Source: Obrimoposthia wandeli (lineage: Eukaryota). Taken from it: a stretch of 64,000 bases of DNA. Below, in pieces: positions 32,006 through 42,871 of this stretch. The notes under the pieces are model-generated. The model ran no database searches, had not been told where the DNA came from, and saw only the letters and a list, made by a program, of their open reading frames with translations. Each line of letters opens with the position of its first letter. Position 1 is the stretch's first letter. The position numbers and the translations under genes are program-made. Location: positions 124,001 through 188,000 of the forward strand of contig CDROCS010002751.1 of assembly GCA_977020255.1 (NCBI GenBank), given 5' to 3'.

Positions 32006-32113
32006 GTAAACTGCTAGATTTTGGTGTGAATATCTCTTGAAAAGAATATAAAACCCTTGTTTAAAGGCTTTATTTATATACCCCCAAAGAGGGTGCTTTA
32101 GTATAATATGAAA

Positions 32114-32992
32114 CTATTTTTCTTTTTTTATTGATATTTCAGCAATTAATGTGGCAAAAATAATTAAAACTGCACCCCAAATTTGAGTAGGTGTTAAAAT
32201 TTCAGAGACTGTCAGATAAGCGAAAACAGCAGCACTCACTGGCTCCATTGTAAATATAATGGCAGTTTTGGTTGGCGTTGTGAACTGTTGCATATATGTT
32301 TGTATTAAAAATGCATATACTGTTGCAAATATAGCTGTTACTATTACTGCTTTATAAAATGCATAATTATAGTCGATTAAAAAAGTAGTGTTATCGAAAC
32401 TCAATGAAAATAATAAAGATAAAATTGCAACAGTAGTAAGTTGAAAGAAAACCAATAAATAGACATTGACCTCTTTTGAAAATTTTCCAGTAAAAATGAT
32501 TTGTAGTGCAAAAAATAATGCACATAATAAAGTTAAAAATTCCCCTTTACCTAATGTTAAAACACCAGACATCGTGAGTAAATACAATCCTGCAACTGCC
32601 ACAAGAGAACCTATAAAAACATTCTTTCTTACTTTATCTTTAAAAATAAAGTATGCCAAAAAAGGAACAAAAATTACGTTTAGACCAGTAATAAAAGCAA
32701 CAATAGAACTTTTTGTGTATAGCAAAGCAAATGTTTGAGTAGCAAATCCTGAAAATAGAAAAGCCCCTAATAAAACACCATATCCAATAGTTTTGACTGA
32801 AATATCTTTAAAATGCTTATATGCAATTAGAAACATTACTATAGATGCCAATGCAAAACGGAAAAATAAAAATGAATACACAGGGGTAGAATCTATCGCC
32901 TCTTGAACCATTAAAAATGTAACACCCCATGCAATTGCAACAGTTAGAAGGAGCAAATCTGCTCTGTATTCGTATATTTTGTGGTTTACCAT
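32114..32992 (-). CDS. DMT/EamA family transporter
   Basis: 292 aa, about 10 TM segments, two EamA repeats (WGVTF, FTMEPV). Confidence 0.88.
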   Translation of the reverse strand: MVNHKIYEYRADLLLLTVAIAWGVTFLMVQEAIDSTPVYSFLFFRFALASIVMFLIAYKHFKDISVKTIGYGVLLGAFLFSGFATQTFALLYTKSSIVAFITGLNVIFVPFLAYFIFKDKVRKNVFIGSLVAVAGLYLLTMSGVLTLGKGEFLTLLCALFFALQIIFTGKFSKEVNVYLLVFFQLTTVAILSLLFSLSFDNTTFLIDYNYAFYKAVIVTAIFATVYAFLIQTYMQQFTTPTKTAIIFTMEPVSAAVFAYLTVSEILTPTQIWGAVLIIFATLIAEISIKKEK

Positions 32993-33139
32993 GGTATTCC
33001 TAATCGTAATAAAATAAGTCGGGATTATATCATAGAGAGTTAAAAATCACTATATAAAAATAAAAATTAGGCTTGTTTTAACTAGAGTTTAACTAATATC
33101 TTTGTAGAATTTTAGCTTGATTCAAAAAAAAGAGAGAAG

Positions 33140-33880
33140 ATGAACAACGATATAATCTCAATGAAAAGTATAAATAAGTTTTATGATAATTTCCATGTGC
33201 TAAAAAATATAGATTTTAGTGTAAAAAAAGGGGAAATTGTTGTAATTTGTGGACCAAGTGGTTCTGGAAAATCAACATTAATAAGATGTATTAATGGTCT
33301 AGAAGAGATTGACGAAGGTACTATAATAGTTGATGATATGGATATTTATGAAAGTAAAAAAAACTTAAAAGAGATTAGAAGTGAAGTTGGAATGGTATTT
33401 CAACATTTTAATCTTTTCCCTCATTTAACAATTTTAGAAAATATAACTTTAGCACAAAAGCTAGTGAAAAAAAGATCAGATAAAGAATCTAGGCAAATAG
33501 CACAAGAATTACTAGAAAAAGTAAAATTAGGTGATAAAGCTGATTCTTATCCTAGTGATTTATCTGGTGGACAAAAACAAAGAGTGGCAATTGCTAGAAG
33601 TTTAGCGATGAAACCAAAAGTAATTTTATTTGATGAACCAACTTCAGCATTAGATCCAGAAACAATAGGTGACGTTTTATCTGTTATGAAAGATTTGGCA
33701 GAAGAAAATTTTACTATTGTTTGTGTAACTCATGAAATGGGATTTGCAAAAGAAGTAGGGGATAGAATTGTATTTATGGATCATGGAGTAATTGTTGAAG
33801 AGAGCACTCCTCATGAATTTTTTAACAACCCAAAAAGTGATAGAGCGAAAAAGTTTCTAAATGAAATTTTAGTTCACTAA
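33140..33880 (+). CDS. Polar amino acid ABC transporter ATP-binding protein (GlnQ-like)
   Basis: [33 protein letters not shown]. Confidence 0.95.
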   Translation: MNNDIISMKSINKFYDNFHVLKNIDFSVKKGEIVVICGPSGSGKSTLIRCINGLEEIDEGTIIVDDMDIYESKKNLKEIRSEVGMVFQHFNLFPHLTILENITLAQKLVKKRSDKESRQIAQELLEKVKLGDKADSYPSDLSGGQKQRVAIARSLAMKPKVILFDEPTSALDPETIGDVLSVMKDLAEENFTIVCVTHEMGFAKEVGDRIVFMDHGVIVEESTPHEFFNNPKSDRAKKFLNEILVH

Positions 33881-33898
33881 AAATATAAAGGGAAAGAA

Positions 33899-34711
33899 AT
33901 GAAAAAATTAATTTTAGTATTATTACTAATTACATCATCGGTATTTGGAGCAGATATCAATTTATGGAAAAAATCAAGTTTAAATGAGATATTAGATAGA
34001 GGTGAATTACGAGTTGGTTTAGAACCAGGTTACATGCCTTTTGAAATGAAGAATAAAAAAGGTAAACTTATTGGCTATGATGTAGATATTGCAAAAGCTA
34101 TGGCAAAAGCAATGGGTGTTAAAGTTAAGTTTATACCAACATCTTTTGATGGCATCATTGCAGGATTGTTGACAAATAAGTTTGATATCATTATTTCAGG
34201 TATGACTATTACCCAAAAAAGAAATTTGAAAGTTAATTTTTCTGATTCATATATTGCTATAGGACAAACGGTTCTTTTAAATAAAGAATTAGAAGATAAG
34301 ATTAAAAAAGCAAAAGATTTAGATGTAAAAGATTACGTTATTACTGCTAAACTTGGTCAAACAGGTGAGATAGTAGCAAGAAAATTTTTTAAAAATGCTA
34401 AAGTAGTTACATTTGAAACTGAAAGTGATGCTCTTTCAGAAGTTTTAAGTGGTAGAGCATCTGCTTTTATAAATGATAAACCATTTAATGTTGTATTTAT
34501 GGATGGAAAAGGAAAGGGTACATTAGTACATTTAGATACACCATTAACATATGAACCTTTGGCGTTTGCTATTAACAAAGGTGACCCTGATTTTTTAAAT
34601 TGGTTAAATAGTTTTTTAAAGCAAATTAAAGGTGATAAAATAGTCAATTTAAATGAAAGACTTTATAATAAGTGGTTTGTTCAAACAAAATGGCTTAAAA
34701 ACGTACAGTAG
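33899..34711 (+). CDS. Amino acid ABC transporter substrate-binding protein 1
   Basis: Signal peptide; LRVGLEPGYMPFE, GYDVDIA, FDIIISGMTIT. Confidence 0.92.
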   Translation: MKKLILVLLLITSSVFGADINLWKKSSLNEILDRGELRVGLEPGYMPFEMKNKKGKLIGYDVDIAKAMAKAMGVKVKFIPTSFDGIIAGLLTNKFDIIISGMTITQKRNLKVNFSDSYIAIGQTVLLNKELEDKIKKAKDLDVKDYVITAKLGQTGEIVARKFFKNAKVVTFETESDALSEVLSGRASAFINDKPFNVVFMDGKGKGTLVHLDTPLTYEPLAFAINKGDPDFLNWLNSFLKQIKGDKIVNLNERLYNKWFVQTKWLKNVQ

Positions 34712-34735
34712 TTATATTAAAATTAAGGAATAAAA

Positions 34736-35572
34736 ATGAAAAATTTATTTAAGAAAACGACAATTGTGATTTTTGTAATATGTTCACTTGCAAGTGCTAA
34801 TTTATTTGCATCAGATATTGATTTATGGAAAAGCTCTACTCTAAATAAAATCTTAGAAAGAGGTGAATTAAGAGTAGGTATGGAGCCTGGTTATATACCT
34901 TTCGAAATGAAAGATAAAAAAGGTCGAATCATTGGATATGATGTAGATATTGCTAAAAATATGGCAAAAGCTATGGGTGTAAAACTTAAACTTGTTCCAA
35001 CTGCTTGGGATGCTATTATAGCTGGACTACTTACTAATAAATACGATATTGTAATGTCTGGTATGACTATTACTCAACAAAGAAATTTAAAAGTTAATTT
35101 TGCTGATCCTTATGTAGTTGTTGGTCAAACTATATTGCTAAGAAAAGGGTTACAAGATATTATTAAAACTGCAAAAGATTTAGATAAAGCAAAATATTCA
35201 GTTGTTACAAAACTTGGTGTTACAGGTGAAGTTGCTACAAGAAAGTTTTTCAAAAAAGCTAAAATTCTTACATTTGAAACAGAATCAGATGCAATTAGTG
35301 AAGTTTTAAATGGAAAAGCTGATGCAATGGTTTATGATCAACCATATAATGTTGTATTTATGGCTGGAAAAGGTAAAGGAAACTTAATACATTTAGATAC
35401 ACCTTTAACATACGAACCTCTTGGTTGGGCAATCAGAAAAGGTGACCCTGATTTTCTTAACTGGTTAAACAACTATCTAAGACAAATCAAAGGCGACAAA
35501 GTTGTTGATTTTTATGAAAAAACAAATAAAAAATGGTTACAAAGTAGCTCTTGGTTAAAAAGAATTCAATAA
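34736..35572 (+). CDS. Amino acid ABC transporter substrate-binding protein 2 (paralogue of the previous gene)
   Basis: Same motifs; clearly collinear with 33899-34711. Confidence 0.92.
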   Translation: MKNLFKKTTIVIFVICSLASANLFASDIDLWKSSTLNKILERGELRVGMEPGYIPFEMKDKKGRIIGYDVDIAKNMAKAMGVKLKLVPTAWDAIIAGLLTNKYDIVMSGMTITQQRNLKVNFADPYVVVGQTILLRKGLQDIIKTAKDLDKAKYSVVTKLGVTGEVATRKFFKKAKILTFETESDAISEVLNGKADAMVYDQPYNVVFMAGKGKGNLIHLDTPLTYEPLGWAIRKGDPDFLNWLNNYLRQIKGDKVVDFYEKTNKKWLQSSSWLKRIQ

Positions 35573-35575
35573 CAG

Positions 35576-36541
35576 ATGGCAAAAAAGAAATCATTAGCCC
35601 AAAATAAAACATTAGGGCATTCAATTGCTATTTTATTTTTTATTTTTATAGGGTACGCTTTTTATGTTGCTTCATCAAATATGAATTATGTATGGAAATG
35701 GAATAGTGTTCCAAAGTACTTTGCATATGAAGAGATACAATCAATAGAATCACCAATAGATGGAAAACTTATATTTGAAAATAATAAGTACTTCGTTGTT
35801 GGTGCTGAAAAAGTAGAAATTCAAACTTTGGATAATACTTTTTCGTTTGATTACGAAATTGGCGAAGAATTATATGAGGGTGATTATATTGCTTCGAAAG
35901 AAGAGTGGAAAACGGGACCTGTGTTATCAGGGCTGTGGATCACTTTAAAAATATCTTTTTTTGCTATGTTGTTGACTTTAGTAATTGGTATTATTTTGGC
36001 ACTTATGAAACTATCATCGATGATATTTTTGCAAGATATAGCCACTGTGTATATTACTATTGTAAGAGGAACACCCTTACTTGTACAGATATTTTTGTTT
36101 TATTTTATCGTTGCAAATATTTTTGAGTTAGAAAGAATAGTCGCTGGTATTTTATCTTTAGGAATATTCTTTGGGGCTTATATGGCTGAGATTTTAAGAG
36201 GTGCTATTGTATCTATTGATAAAGGTCAACTAGAAGCTGCTAAATCTTTAGGTATTTCAAACTTCCAAGCAATGAGACATATCATTTTACCTCAAGCATT
36301 TAAAAGAGCTTTACCTACACTCGTGGGGGAGACTATCTCTTTAGTAAAAGATTCATCACTAGTATCTGTAATTTCTATAACAGACTTAACAAAAGTAGGA
36401 AAAGAAATTGTAGCAAACACTTTCTCTCCTTTTGAAACTTGGATTGTTATTGCACTATTATATTTATGTATCACTTCTGTTTTAAGTTATGTTGGTCATA
36501 GATTAGAAAAGTCCATGTCTGAAAAAGGTGGTAATAGCTAA
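35576..36541 (+). CDS. Amino acid ABC transporter permease (HisM/GlnP type) with extra periplasmic domain
   Basis: RGTPLLVQ, AEILRGAI..IDKGQLEAA..LG (EAA loop), KDSSL. Confidence 0.92.
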   Translation: MAKKKSLAQNKTLGHSIAILFFIFIGYAFYVASSNMNYVWKWNSVPKYFAYEEIQSIESPIDGKLIFENNKYFVVGAEKVEIQTLDNTFSFDYEIGEELYEGDYIASKEEWKTGPVLSGLWITLKISFFAMLLTLVIGIILALMKLSSMIFLQDIATVYITIVRGTPLLVQIFLFYFIVANIFELERIVAGILSLGIFFGAYMAEILRGAIVSIDKGQLEAAKSLGISNFQAMRHIILPQAFKRALPTLVGETISLVKDSSLVSVISITDLTKVGKEIVANTFSPFETWIVIALLYLCITSVLSYVGHRLEKSMSEKGGNS

Positions 36542-37180
36542 ATGGAAGAGTTTCTTTCTAGATTACTACAGCAGGGAATAACTTTTTTTGCTATTATGGA
36601 TCCCATAGGAATCAGTGCGATTGCACTTTCTTTATTGCATAATAATATCACAAAAGAAGAGATCAATAAAGTTGCATTAAAATCAACAATGACTATTATC
36701 ATTGCCTTTTTTGTTGTTTTAATTACAGGTGATTTTATTTTACAACTTTTTGGAATAGGTGAAAACTCTTTAAAAGTAATGGGTGGTATCATCCTTCTTT
36801 TAATGGCAATTGGCATGGTAAATGGTAGTTCTGTAAGTAAAAAACCTTCAAAAGAAGAAGGAAAAGATCTTGAAACTCATGAAGATTTGTCTGTGATACC
36901 TATTGGTATTCCTATTGCTTTTGGTACCGGATTATTTACTACGATTATTATTTTTAAGCATCAAGTGGAAGTTTTTTCTGATTTAGCTTCTATAACTATT
37001 GCTTTTTTAGTAAATGCATTATTATTTTATCTAGTATTAAAAAACTCTATATACATTAAAAAGTATTTAGGTTTAACTGGACAAAATATTATTACTAAAC
37101 TTATGGGTCTAATTGTTGGGGCTATCTCTATTCAGTTTATAGTATCAGGTATTATTAGATTAGCACAGACATATCTTTAA
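36542..37180 (+). CDS. MarC family membrane protein
   Basis: FFAIMDPIG, SVIPIGIPIAFG, ITKLMGLIVGAISIQFI. Confidence 0.88.
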   Translation: MEEFLSRLLQQGITFFAIMDPIGISAIALSLLHNNITKEEINKVALKSTMTIIIAFFVVLITGDFILQLFGIGENSLKVMGGIILLLMAIGMVNGSSVSKKPSKEEGKDLETHEDLSVIPIGIPIAFGTGLFTTIIIFKHQVEVFSDLASITIAFLVNALLFYLVLKNSIYIKKYLGLTGQNIITKLMGLIVGAISIQFIVSGIIRLAQTYL

Positions 37181-37803
37181 TGGTTTTTGATGTTATCTTA
37201 AAAGGTTTTATTGTTACAATTTCCCTAATTGTAGCAATAGGTGCACAAAATGCATATATCTTAAAACTAGGGCTTCTCAAACAACATGTTTTTAAAGCGG
37301 TTGCATTATGTATCTTATTTGATTTTTTACTTATTGCTTCAGGTGTATTTGGACTTGGTTTCTTTATTCAAGGTAATCAGTTTTTAGTAAATTGTATAGC
37401 TATTGTAGGTATTGCTTTTTTATCTTTTTATGCTTTTGTTTCATTTCGAGCTGCTTTTAAAAATACAAGTCTAAAAATAGATAATGAACATAATACTACA
37501 CCACTAAAAGAAGTGATTTCATTACTTTTAGTGTTTACTTTTTTAAACCCACATACTTACCTTGATACAATAGTACTTATTGGTGGTATTGGTGCAAATA
37601 TTGAAAATGATTTAAAAATATACTTTTTATTAGGTGCTGTAAGTGCTTCTGCTGTATGGTTTTTATCGTTAGGTTTTGGTGCAAGATTTTTGATACCATT
37701 GTTCAAAAAACCAATTACTTGGAAAATTCTAGATATCGTTATAGGAATTATTATGCTTTTAATTGCATATAGTTTGTTAGATTTAATCAAAGAGATAAAT
37801 TAA
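37180..37803 (+). CDS. LysE/ArgO family amino acid exporter
   Basis: LIVAIGAQNAYIL, TFLNPHTYLDT motifs. Confidence 0.9.
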   Translation: MVFDVILKGFIVTISLIVAIGAQNAYILKLGLLKQHVFKAVALCILFDFLLIASGVFGLGFFIQGNQFLVNCIAIVGIAFLSFYAFVSFRAAFKNTSLKIDNEHNTTPLKEVISLLLVFTFLNPHTYLDTIVLIGGIGANIENDLKIYFLLGAVSASAVWFLSLGFGARFLIPLFKKPITWKILDIVIGIIMLLIAYSLLDLIKEIN

Positions 37804-37827
37804 ATTATCTCTTCGATTATGCTTTAA

Positions 37828-39414
37828 TTACAGTAAATTTGAGAAAAACTCTTTGTCTGTAGATATCTCTTTCATAAAGTCATGTAAAACTGTATGATTT
37901 GATTCTTGGTATGCTAAAATAATATTTTCAACAACACCATTTACTTGATTTGGTCTCATTTTTAACTTTGTTTTTTCACCAAAATTTGATTTATTTCCTT
38001 CTAGATTACCACCTAAAATTAACGTAAATCCGGGGATACTCACACCCTCTTCATCTTTTACTTTTGTACCTATAAATCCTATATTTACAATATGTGGATG
38101 AGCACATGAATTTGGACAGCCGTTAAATGAAACAGATAATGTATCATTAAACTCAGGAAATCTTTCTTCTAAAAACTCTGTTAACTGGATTGCTTGACCT
38201 TTAGTTTCAGAGATTGCAAACTTACAAAAATCTAAACCAGTACAGGAAAGAGTTCTTGCTCTAAATGGACTTGGATTTGAAATCATTTCATAAGAGGCTA
38301 ATTCTTCTACCATACTTTCAACATTATCATTTGGTACATCTGTAACAATAAGATTTTGAGTAGATGTAATCTTAACAGTTGTTGCACCTGCTTTTTCTAC
38401 TGCATTTGCTAAATTATCAAAACCATTTGCACCAACTTTACCAGCATTTACAGCACAACCGATATAAGAACAGTTATCTACTTTTGAAGGATGTACTCCA
38501 AAATGTTCTCTTTTTGCATAAGGAGTGTATGTTTGCTCTTGTGTATCTTGGATTTTAAAGTCAAGATTATTTTGTACTTCAGTTGTGAATTTTTCAATTC
38601 CCCAGTCAGCAATTAAGTGACCAAGTCTTGCTTTGTTTCTTTTTTCTCTTAAACCGTGATCTCTATAAATAATAGATACCACTTTTACAACATCAAGAAT
38701 TTGATCTTGAGATACATATCCTATATGAGTTGCGATCTCTTTATTTGATGCTAAACCACCACCTACACTTAAGTCAAATAAAACTTGATCATCTTTTTTA
38801 ACTGCTGTAAAAGAAAGATCTTGAATCTCATGACCTATACAGTGTTTAGAACAGGCAGAAATCCCAACTTTATATTTTCGAGGAAGGTTAGCTAAATCTC
38901 TATTTCCTCTAAAATAATCGTTAACAGCATCAATAGTATCATTTACATCAATTATTTCATCATGATCTATACCCATTACAGGACAAGATGCAACATTTCT
39001 AGGAACATCACCAGCCCCAAATACTGTACTTAATCCAACAGTATGAAGTCTATCAAATATTTCAGGTAAGTTTTTAACTGCAACATTATGAAACTGAACA
39101 TCTTGTCTAGTTGTTAGTGTTGCTGTTTCTTTTGTAAACTCATGAGATATCTTAGCGATTTCTCTCATTTGGTTTATGTTTAAAGAACCTTTTTCAAGTT
39201 TTACTCTTAACATAAAATATAGATTTTCATCGTTGTCAGGTTGTAAGTTTTTATTTTGAGAATATAAACCATACCATTTAAATCTATCTATATCTTCTGG
39301 ATCAAGTTCTATAGAAGAATCAGCAGCATATCTTTTGATATCTGCTAATACGTCTAGTCCACTTTTTTCTGTCTTAATTCTTTGTATACGTGCTGCGGGT
39401 GATTCTTTTGCCAC
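37828..39414 (-). CDS. Ferredoxin-dependent nitrite/sulfite reductase (siroheme, 4Fe-4S); sulfite reductase by context
   Basis: FKWYGLY, LTTRQDVQFH, LPRKYKVG, CTGLDFC, GCPNSCA motifs; terminal gene of the cysHDN operon; GTG start. Confidence 0.88.
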   Translation of the reverse strand: MAKESPAARIQRIKTEKSGLDVLADIKRYAADSSIELDPEDIDRFKWYGLYSQNKNLQPDNDENLYFMLRVKLEKGSLNINQMREIAKISHEFTKETATLTTRQDVQFHNVAVKNLPEIFDRLHTVGLSTVFGAGDVPRNVASCPVMGIDHDEIIDVNDTIDAVNDYFRGNRDLANLPRKYKVGISACSKHCIGHEIQDLSFTAVKKDDQVLFDLSVGGGLASNKEIATHIGYVSQDQILDVVKVVSIIYRDHGLREKRNKARLGHLIADWGIEKFTTEVQNNLDFKIQDTQEQTYTPYAKREHFGVHPSKVDNCSYIGCAVNAGKVGANGFDNLANAVEKAGATTVKITSTQNLIVTDVPNDNVESMVEELASYEMISNPSPFRARTLSCTGLDFCKFAISETKGQAIQLTEFLEERFPEFNDTLSVSFNGCPNSCAHPHIVNIGFIGTKVKDEEGVSIPGFTLILGGNLEGNKSNFGEKTKLKMRPNQVNGVVENIILAYQESNHTVLHDFMKEISTDKEFFSNLL

Positions 39415-39422
39415 AAATTCTC

Positions 39423-40886
39423 CTAAAATATTTCTTTAGCTTCCCACTCAGGGAAATTACTTCTAATATACGCATTAAGCTCAACTTCTGCTTTTGTGTA
39501 TTCTTTTAATTTTTCATCTTCATCTAAGGCTTCATTTGTAACTGCTGATAATATCATACCTGCACCTACTGTTGAATTTGTATATCTATCTATGATGATA
39601 AAACTTCCAGTATGTCTGTTATCATTATATGGATCAACTGCAATTTGTCTATCTAAAGATAAAGTACATTGTGCGATGTCATTTAGTTCTAAAGAATTTG
39701 TTGGAATCTCTTCAAAGTTATTGATATCTTTTTTATATGCTATCTCTTTAAATGTACCATTGATTACAGAAGTAGATCTTTTAATAATATAGTTACTATT
39801 AAGTTCTAGTTTCTTTTCATCCATCCATACAACCATAACTTCAAGTTTATTTGATACATGAGGAATAGAACTTGATTTTACAATCATATCGCCTCTTGAA
39901 ATATCAATTTCATCTTTTAGTGTAAGAGTTGTAGCCATAGGTGCAAATGCTTTTTCAATAGTTTCTACTGTTCCATCTTTTCCTATAGGTTTTAAATCTT
40001 TAATTTCATTTGAAACTATTGATTTTACAACAGATGTTTTTCTTGAAGGTAATACTGTGATTTCATCTCCAACTTTAATAGTACCACTAGCAATTGTTCC
40101 ACAAAAACCTCTAAAGTTAAGATGTGGTCGAGAAACATACTGAACTGGTAATCTAAAGTCATCGTTTTCATCATCATGAATTTTTACAGCATCAAGTAAC
40201 TTCATAAGAGGAAGACCCTCATACCAAGTACATTTTGGTGAATTTGTAAGAATATTATCTCCATCAAGTGCTGATAGTGGAATATACTCAAAATTAATAT
40301 CTTCATTATGTGGAAGATTAGGAATAATCTCTTGATAATCTTTTTTAATCTCTTCAAATGTATCTTGTGAAAAATCAACTAAATCCATTTTATTAATAGC
40401 AACGATTAGGTTTTTAATTCCTAATAATGAAGCAATATAAGAGTGTCTTTTAGTTTGAGTTAAAATTCCTTGTCTTGCATCAATTAAAATAATAGCTACA
40501 TCTGCAGTACTTGCACCTGTCGCCATATTTCTTGTGTATTGCTCATGACCTGGAGTATCTGCTATGATAAACTTTCTTTTTTCAGTTGAGAAAAATCTAT
40601 AAGCAACATCGATAGTAATACCTTGTTCTCTCTCACTTGCAAGTCCATCAACTAAAAGTGCTAAATCAATCTTGTCACCTGTAGTTCCAGATTTTTTAGA
40701 ATCTTTTTCAATTGCTGCTAATTGATCTTCAAAAATCATTTTTGAATCATAAAGAAGTCTTCCTATTAAAGTAGACTTTCCATCATCAACTGACCCACAT
40801 GTAATAAATCGTAAAATCTCTTTATTTTCGTGTTCTTTTAAATATTGTTCAATATTCTCTGCTATTAAATCTGATTGGTGTGCCAT
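39423..40886 (-). CDS. cysN: Sulfate adenylyltransferase subunit 1
   Basis: GSVDDGKSTLIGRL, DTPGHEQY, NKMD; no fused CysC domain. Confidence 0.95.
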   Translation of the reverse strand: MAHQSDLIAENIEQYLKEHENKEILRFITCGSVDDGKSTLIGRLLYDSKMIFEDQLAAIEKDSKKSGTTGDKIDLALLVDGLASEREQGITIDVAYRFFSTEKRKFIIADTPGHEQYTRNMATGASTADVAIILIDARQGILTQTKRHSYIASLLGIKNLIVAINKMDLVDFSQDTFEEIKKDYQEIIPNLPHNEDINFEYIPLSALDGDNILTNSPKCTWYEGLPLMKLLDAVKIHDDENDDFRLPVQYVSRPHLNFRGFCGTIASGTIKVGDEITVLPSRKTSVVKSIVSNEIKDLKPIGKDGTVETIEKAFAPMATTLTLKDEIDISRGDMIVKSSSIPHVSNKLEVMVVWMDEKKLELNSNYIIKRSTSVINGTFKEIAYKKDINNFEEIPTNSLELNDIAQCTLSLDRQIAVDPYNDNRHTGSFIIIDRYTNSTVGAGMILSAVTNEALDEDEKLKEYTKAEVELNAYIRSNFPEWEAKEIF

Positions 40887-41800
40887 TAAAAATACCCCTC
40901 TTGTTTCTTTTTTTCCATTGATGCATCGCCATCACTGTCGATTAATCTTCCTTCTCTCTCACTTGTTGTACAAACTAACATCTCTTGTATAATCTCAGGT
41001 AGAGTCGAAGCCTCTGATGCAACAGCACCTGTTAATGGATAACAACCAAGTGTTCTAAATCTAACTTTTTCTTTTTTAGCAGTTTTTCGTAATTCTTCAG
41101 GCATTCTTTCATCATCAACCATGATTTTTGTACCCATGTATTCTACTACTTCTCTCTCTTTAGAAAAATATAAATCAGGAATTGGAATCCCTTCTAAATA
41201 AATATATTGCCAAACATCAAGCTCAGTCCAGTTTGAAATAGGAAAAACTCTAATAGACTCACCTTTTGTGTGTCTACCGTTGTAAATATTCCATAATTCT
41301 GGTCTTTGGTTTTTTGGATCCCATCTGTGATTTTCATCTCTGAAAGAGTAAATTCTCTCTTTTGCACGAGACTTCTCTTCATCACGACGAGCTCCTCCAA
41401 ATACTGCATCATATTTTTGGATATTAAGCATTTGCTTTAATCCTTCTGTTTTCATGATATCCGTATGAACAGCTGATCCATGTGTAAATGGAGAAATATT
41501 CATCTCAACACCTTTAGGATTAGTGTAAGTAATTAGTTCCATACCAACTTCTTTTGCACGTTTGTCTCTAAAGTCAATCATCTCTTTGAACTTCCATGTA
41601 GTATCAACATGTACCAATGGAAGTGGAGGTGGTGCTGGATAAAAAGCCTTTTGTAAAATATGTAACATTACTGAAGAATCTTTTCCTACAGAGTAAAGCA
41701 TTGCTGGGTTTTGAAACTCTGCTACTACTTCTCTCATGATGTGCATAGATTCAGCTTCTAGCTGTTTTAAATGTGTTAATCTTTGTTCACTAATTTTCAT
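40886..41800 (-). CDS. cysD: Sulfate adenylyltransferase subunit 2
   Basis: [38 protein letters not shown]. Confidence 0.96.
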   Translation of the reverse strand: MKISEQRLTHLKQLEAESMHIMREVVAEFQNPAMLYSVGKDSSVMLHILQKAFYPAPPPLPLVHVDTTWKFKEMIDFRDKRAKEVGMELITYTNPKGVEMNISPFTHGSAVHTDIMKTEGLKQMLNIQKYDAVFGGARRDEEKSRAKERIYSFRDENHRWDPKNQRPELWNIYNGRHTKGESIRVFPISNWTELDVWQYIYLEGIPIPDLYFSKEREVVEYMGTKIMVDDERMPEELRKTAKKEKVRFRTLGCYPLTGAVASEASTLPEIIQEMLVCTTSEREGRLIDSDGDASMEKKKQEGYF

Positions 41801-41822
41801 TTTTTCTCCTATTTTATTTTAA

Positions 41823-42524
41823 TTATTTTGCGTGTAATCCACACTCTTTATGTTCTGGGTTTTCCCACCACCATCTACCACTTCGAATATCTTCGCCAGC
41901 TTTCACTGGCCGTGTACAGGGAGCACATCCAATACTAGGATAACCTTGTTTATGAAGTTTGTTATATGGTACATTATTTTTGTTTATATAGTCCCACACA
42001 TCATCTTCACTCCAGTTAATCAAAGGGTTAACCTTTATTACATCAAAGTTTTCATCAAATTCTACGATTGGCATATCTGTTCTAGTAACACTTTGCGATG
42101 CTCTTAACCCAGTGAACCAAACTTTTAAAGGTTTTAATGCTCTTTTTAAAGGTTCCATTTTTCTGATACCACAACAGTTTTTTCTATTTTGAATACTTTC
42201 AAAATGTCCATTTATACCTTGTGATTCATATAGTTTTTCGATCATCTCATTTTTAGGGAAAAATACACGTAACTTTACATTGTATTTCAAGTTTGTTTCA
42301 TCCATCACATTATATGTTTCTGGATGTAATCTACCAGTATCAAGTGTAAATACATTTGCATCTTTTTTAGTTTTGTACATCATATCAGTTAAGACTTGAT
42401 CTTCAGCACCTAAGCTACTTGAAAGTGCGGCATCTGTTCCATACTCTTCTAAAAAGTATGAGATTACTTCTTCTGGAGTAGAAGTTTGAAATCTTTTATT
42501 TAAGTCTTCTATTGTATTTTTCAT
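41823..42524 (-). CDS. cysH: APS reductase (CysH, Fe-S type)
   Basis: DTGRLHPETY; CC and CAPC cluster ligands; ECGLH. Confidence 0.9.
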   Translation of the reverse strand: MKNTIEDLNKRFQTSTPEEVISYFLEEYGTDAALSSSLGAEDQVLTDMMYKTKKDANVFTLDTGRLHPETYNVMDETNLKYNVKLRVFFPKNEMIEKLYESQGINGHFESIQNRKNCCGIRKMEPLKRALKPLKVWFTGLRASQSVTRTDMPIVEFDENFDVIKVNPLINWSEDDVWDYINKNNVPYNKLHKQGYPSIGCAPCTRPVKAGEDIRSGRWWWENPEHKECGLHAK

Positions 42525-42532
42525 ATAACTTC

Positions 42533-42757
42533 CTAAATTTGATAGTCTGGTGCTTTTGTTCTACCAAAACTCAATTTATTCCAAATTCTCTCATGAAAAT
42601 AGTATAAAATCATTTTAGTTACTACTTCAATTGAACCAATTGATGCAGCCATTGCTAAACTACCAGTTATTAAATAAGATATAATTATAGTATCAATAGT
42701 ACCTAAGACTCGCCATGAGATAGTTTTTACAATTGATCGATAAGCTTTATCTTGCAT
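42533..42757 (-). CDS. DUF2061 small membrane protein
   Basis: RSIVKTISWR, KMILYYFHERIW; start corrected to ATG 42757. Confidence 0.85.
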   Translation of the reverse strand: MQDKAYRSIVKTISWRVLGTIDTIIISYLITGSLAMAASIGSIEVVTKMILYYFHERIWNKLSFGRTKAPDYQI

Positions 42758-42802
42758 CTTATTTTCCTTTAAATTTGACCTAATATCCAAATTGTTGAGG
42801 AA

Positions 42803-42831
42803 ATTATAACAGAAATTAGAATCAATGTCAA
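42803..42831 (-). promoter_or_regulatory. sigma70 promoter of DUF2061-cysH-cysD-cysN-sulfite reductase operon
   Basis: Minus strand TTGACA-N17-TATAAT, a perfect consensus. Confidence 0.8.
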
Positions 42832-42871
42832 GTAACTCTACTTGGTTACTATACTATACTCCAGTAGAGAA

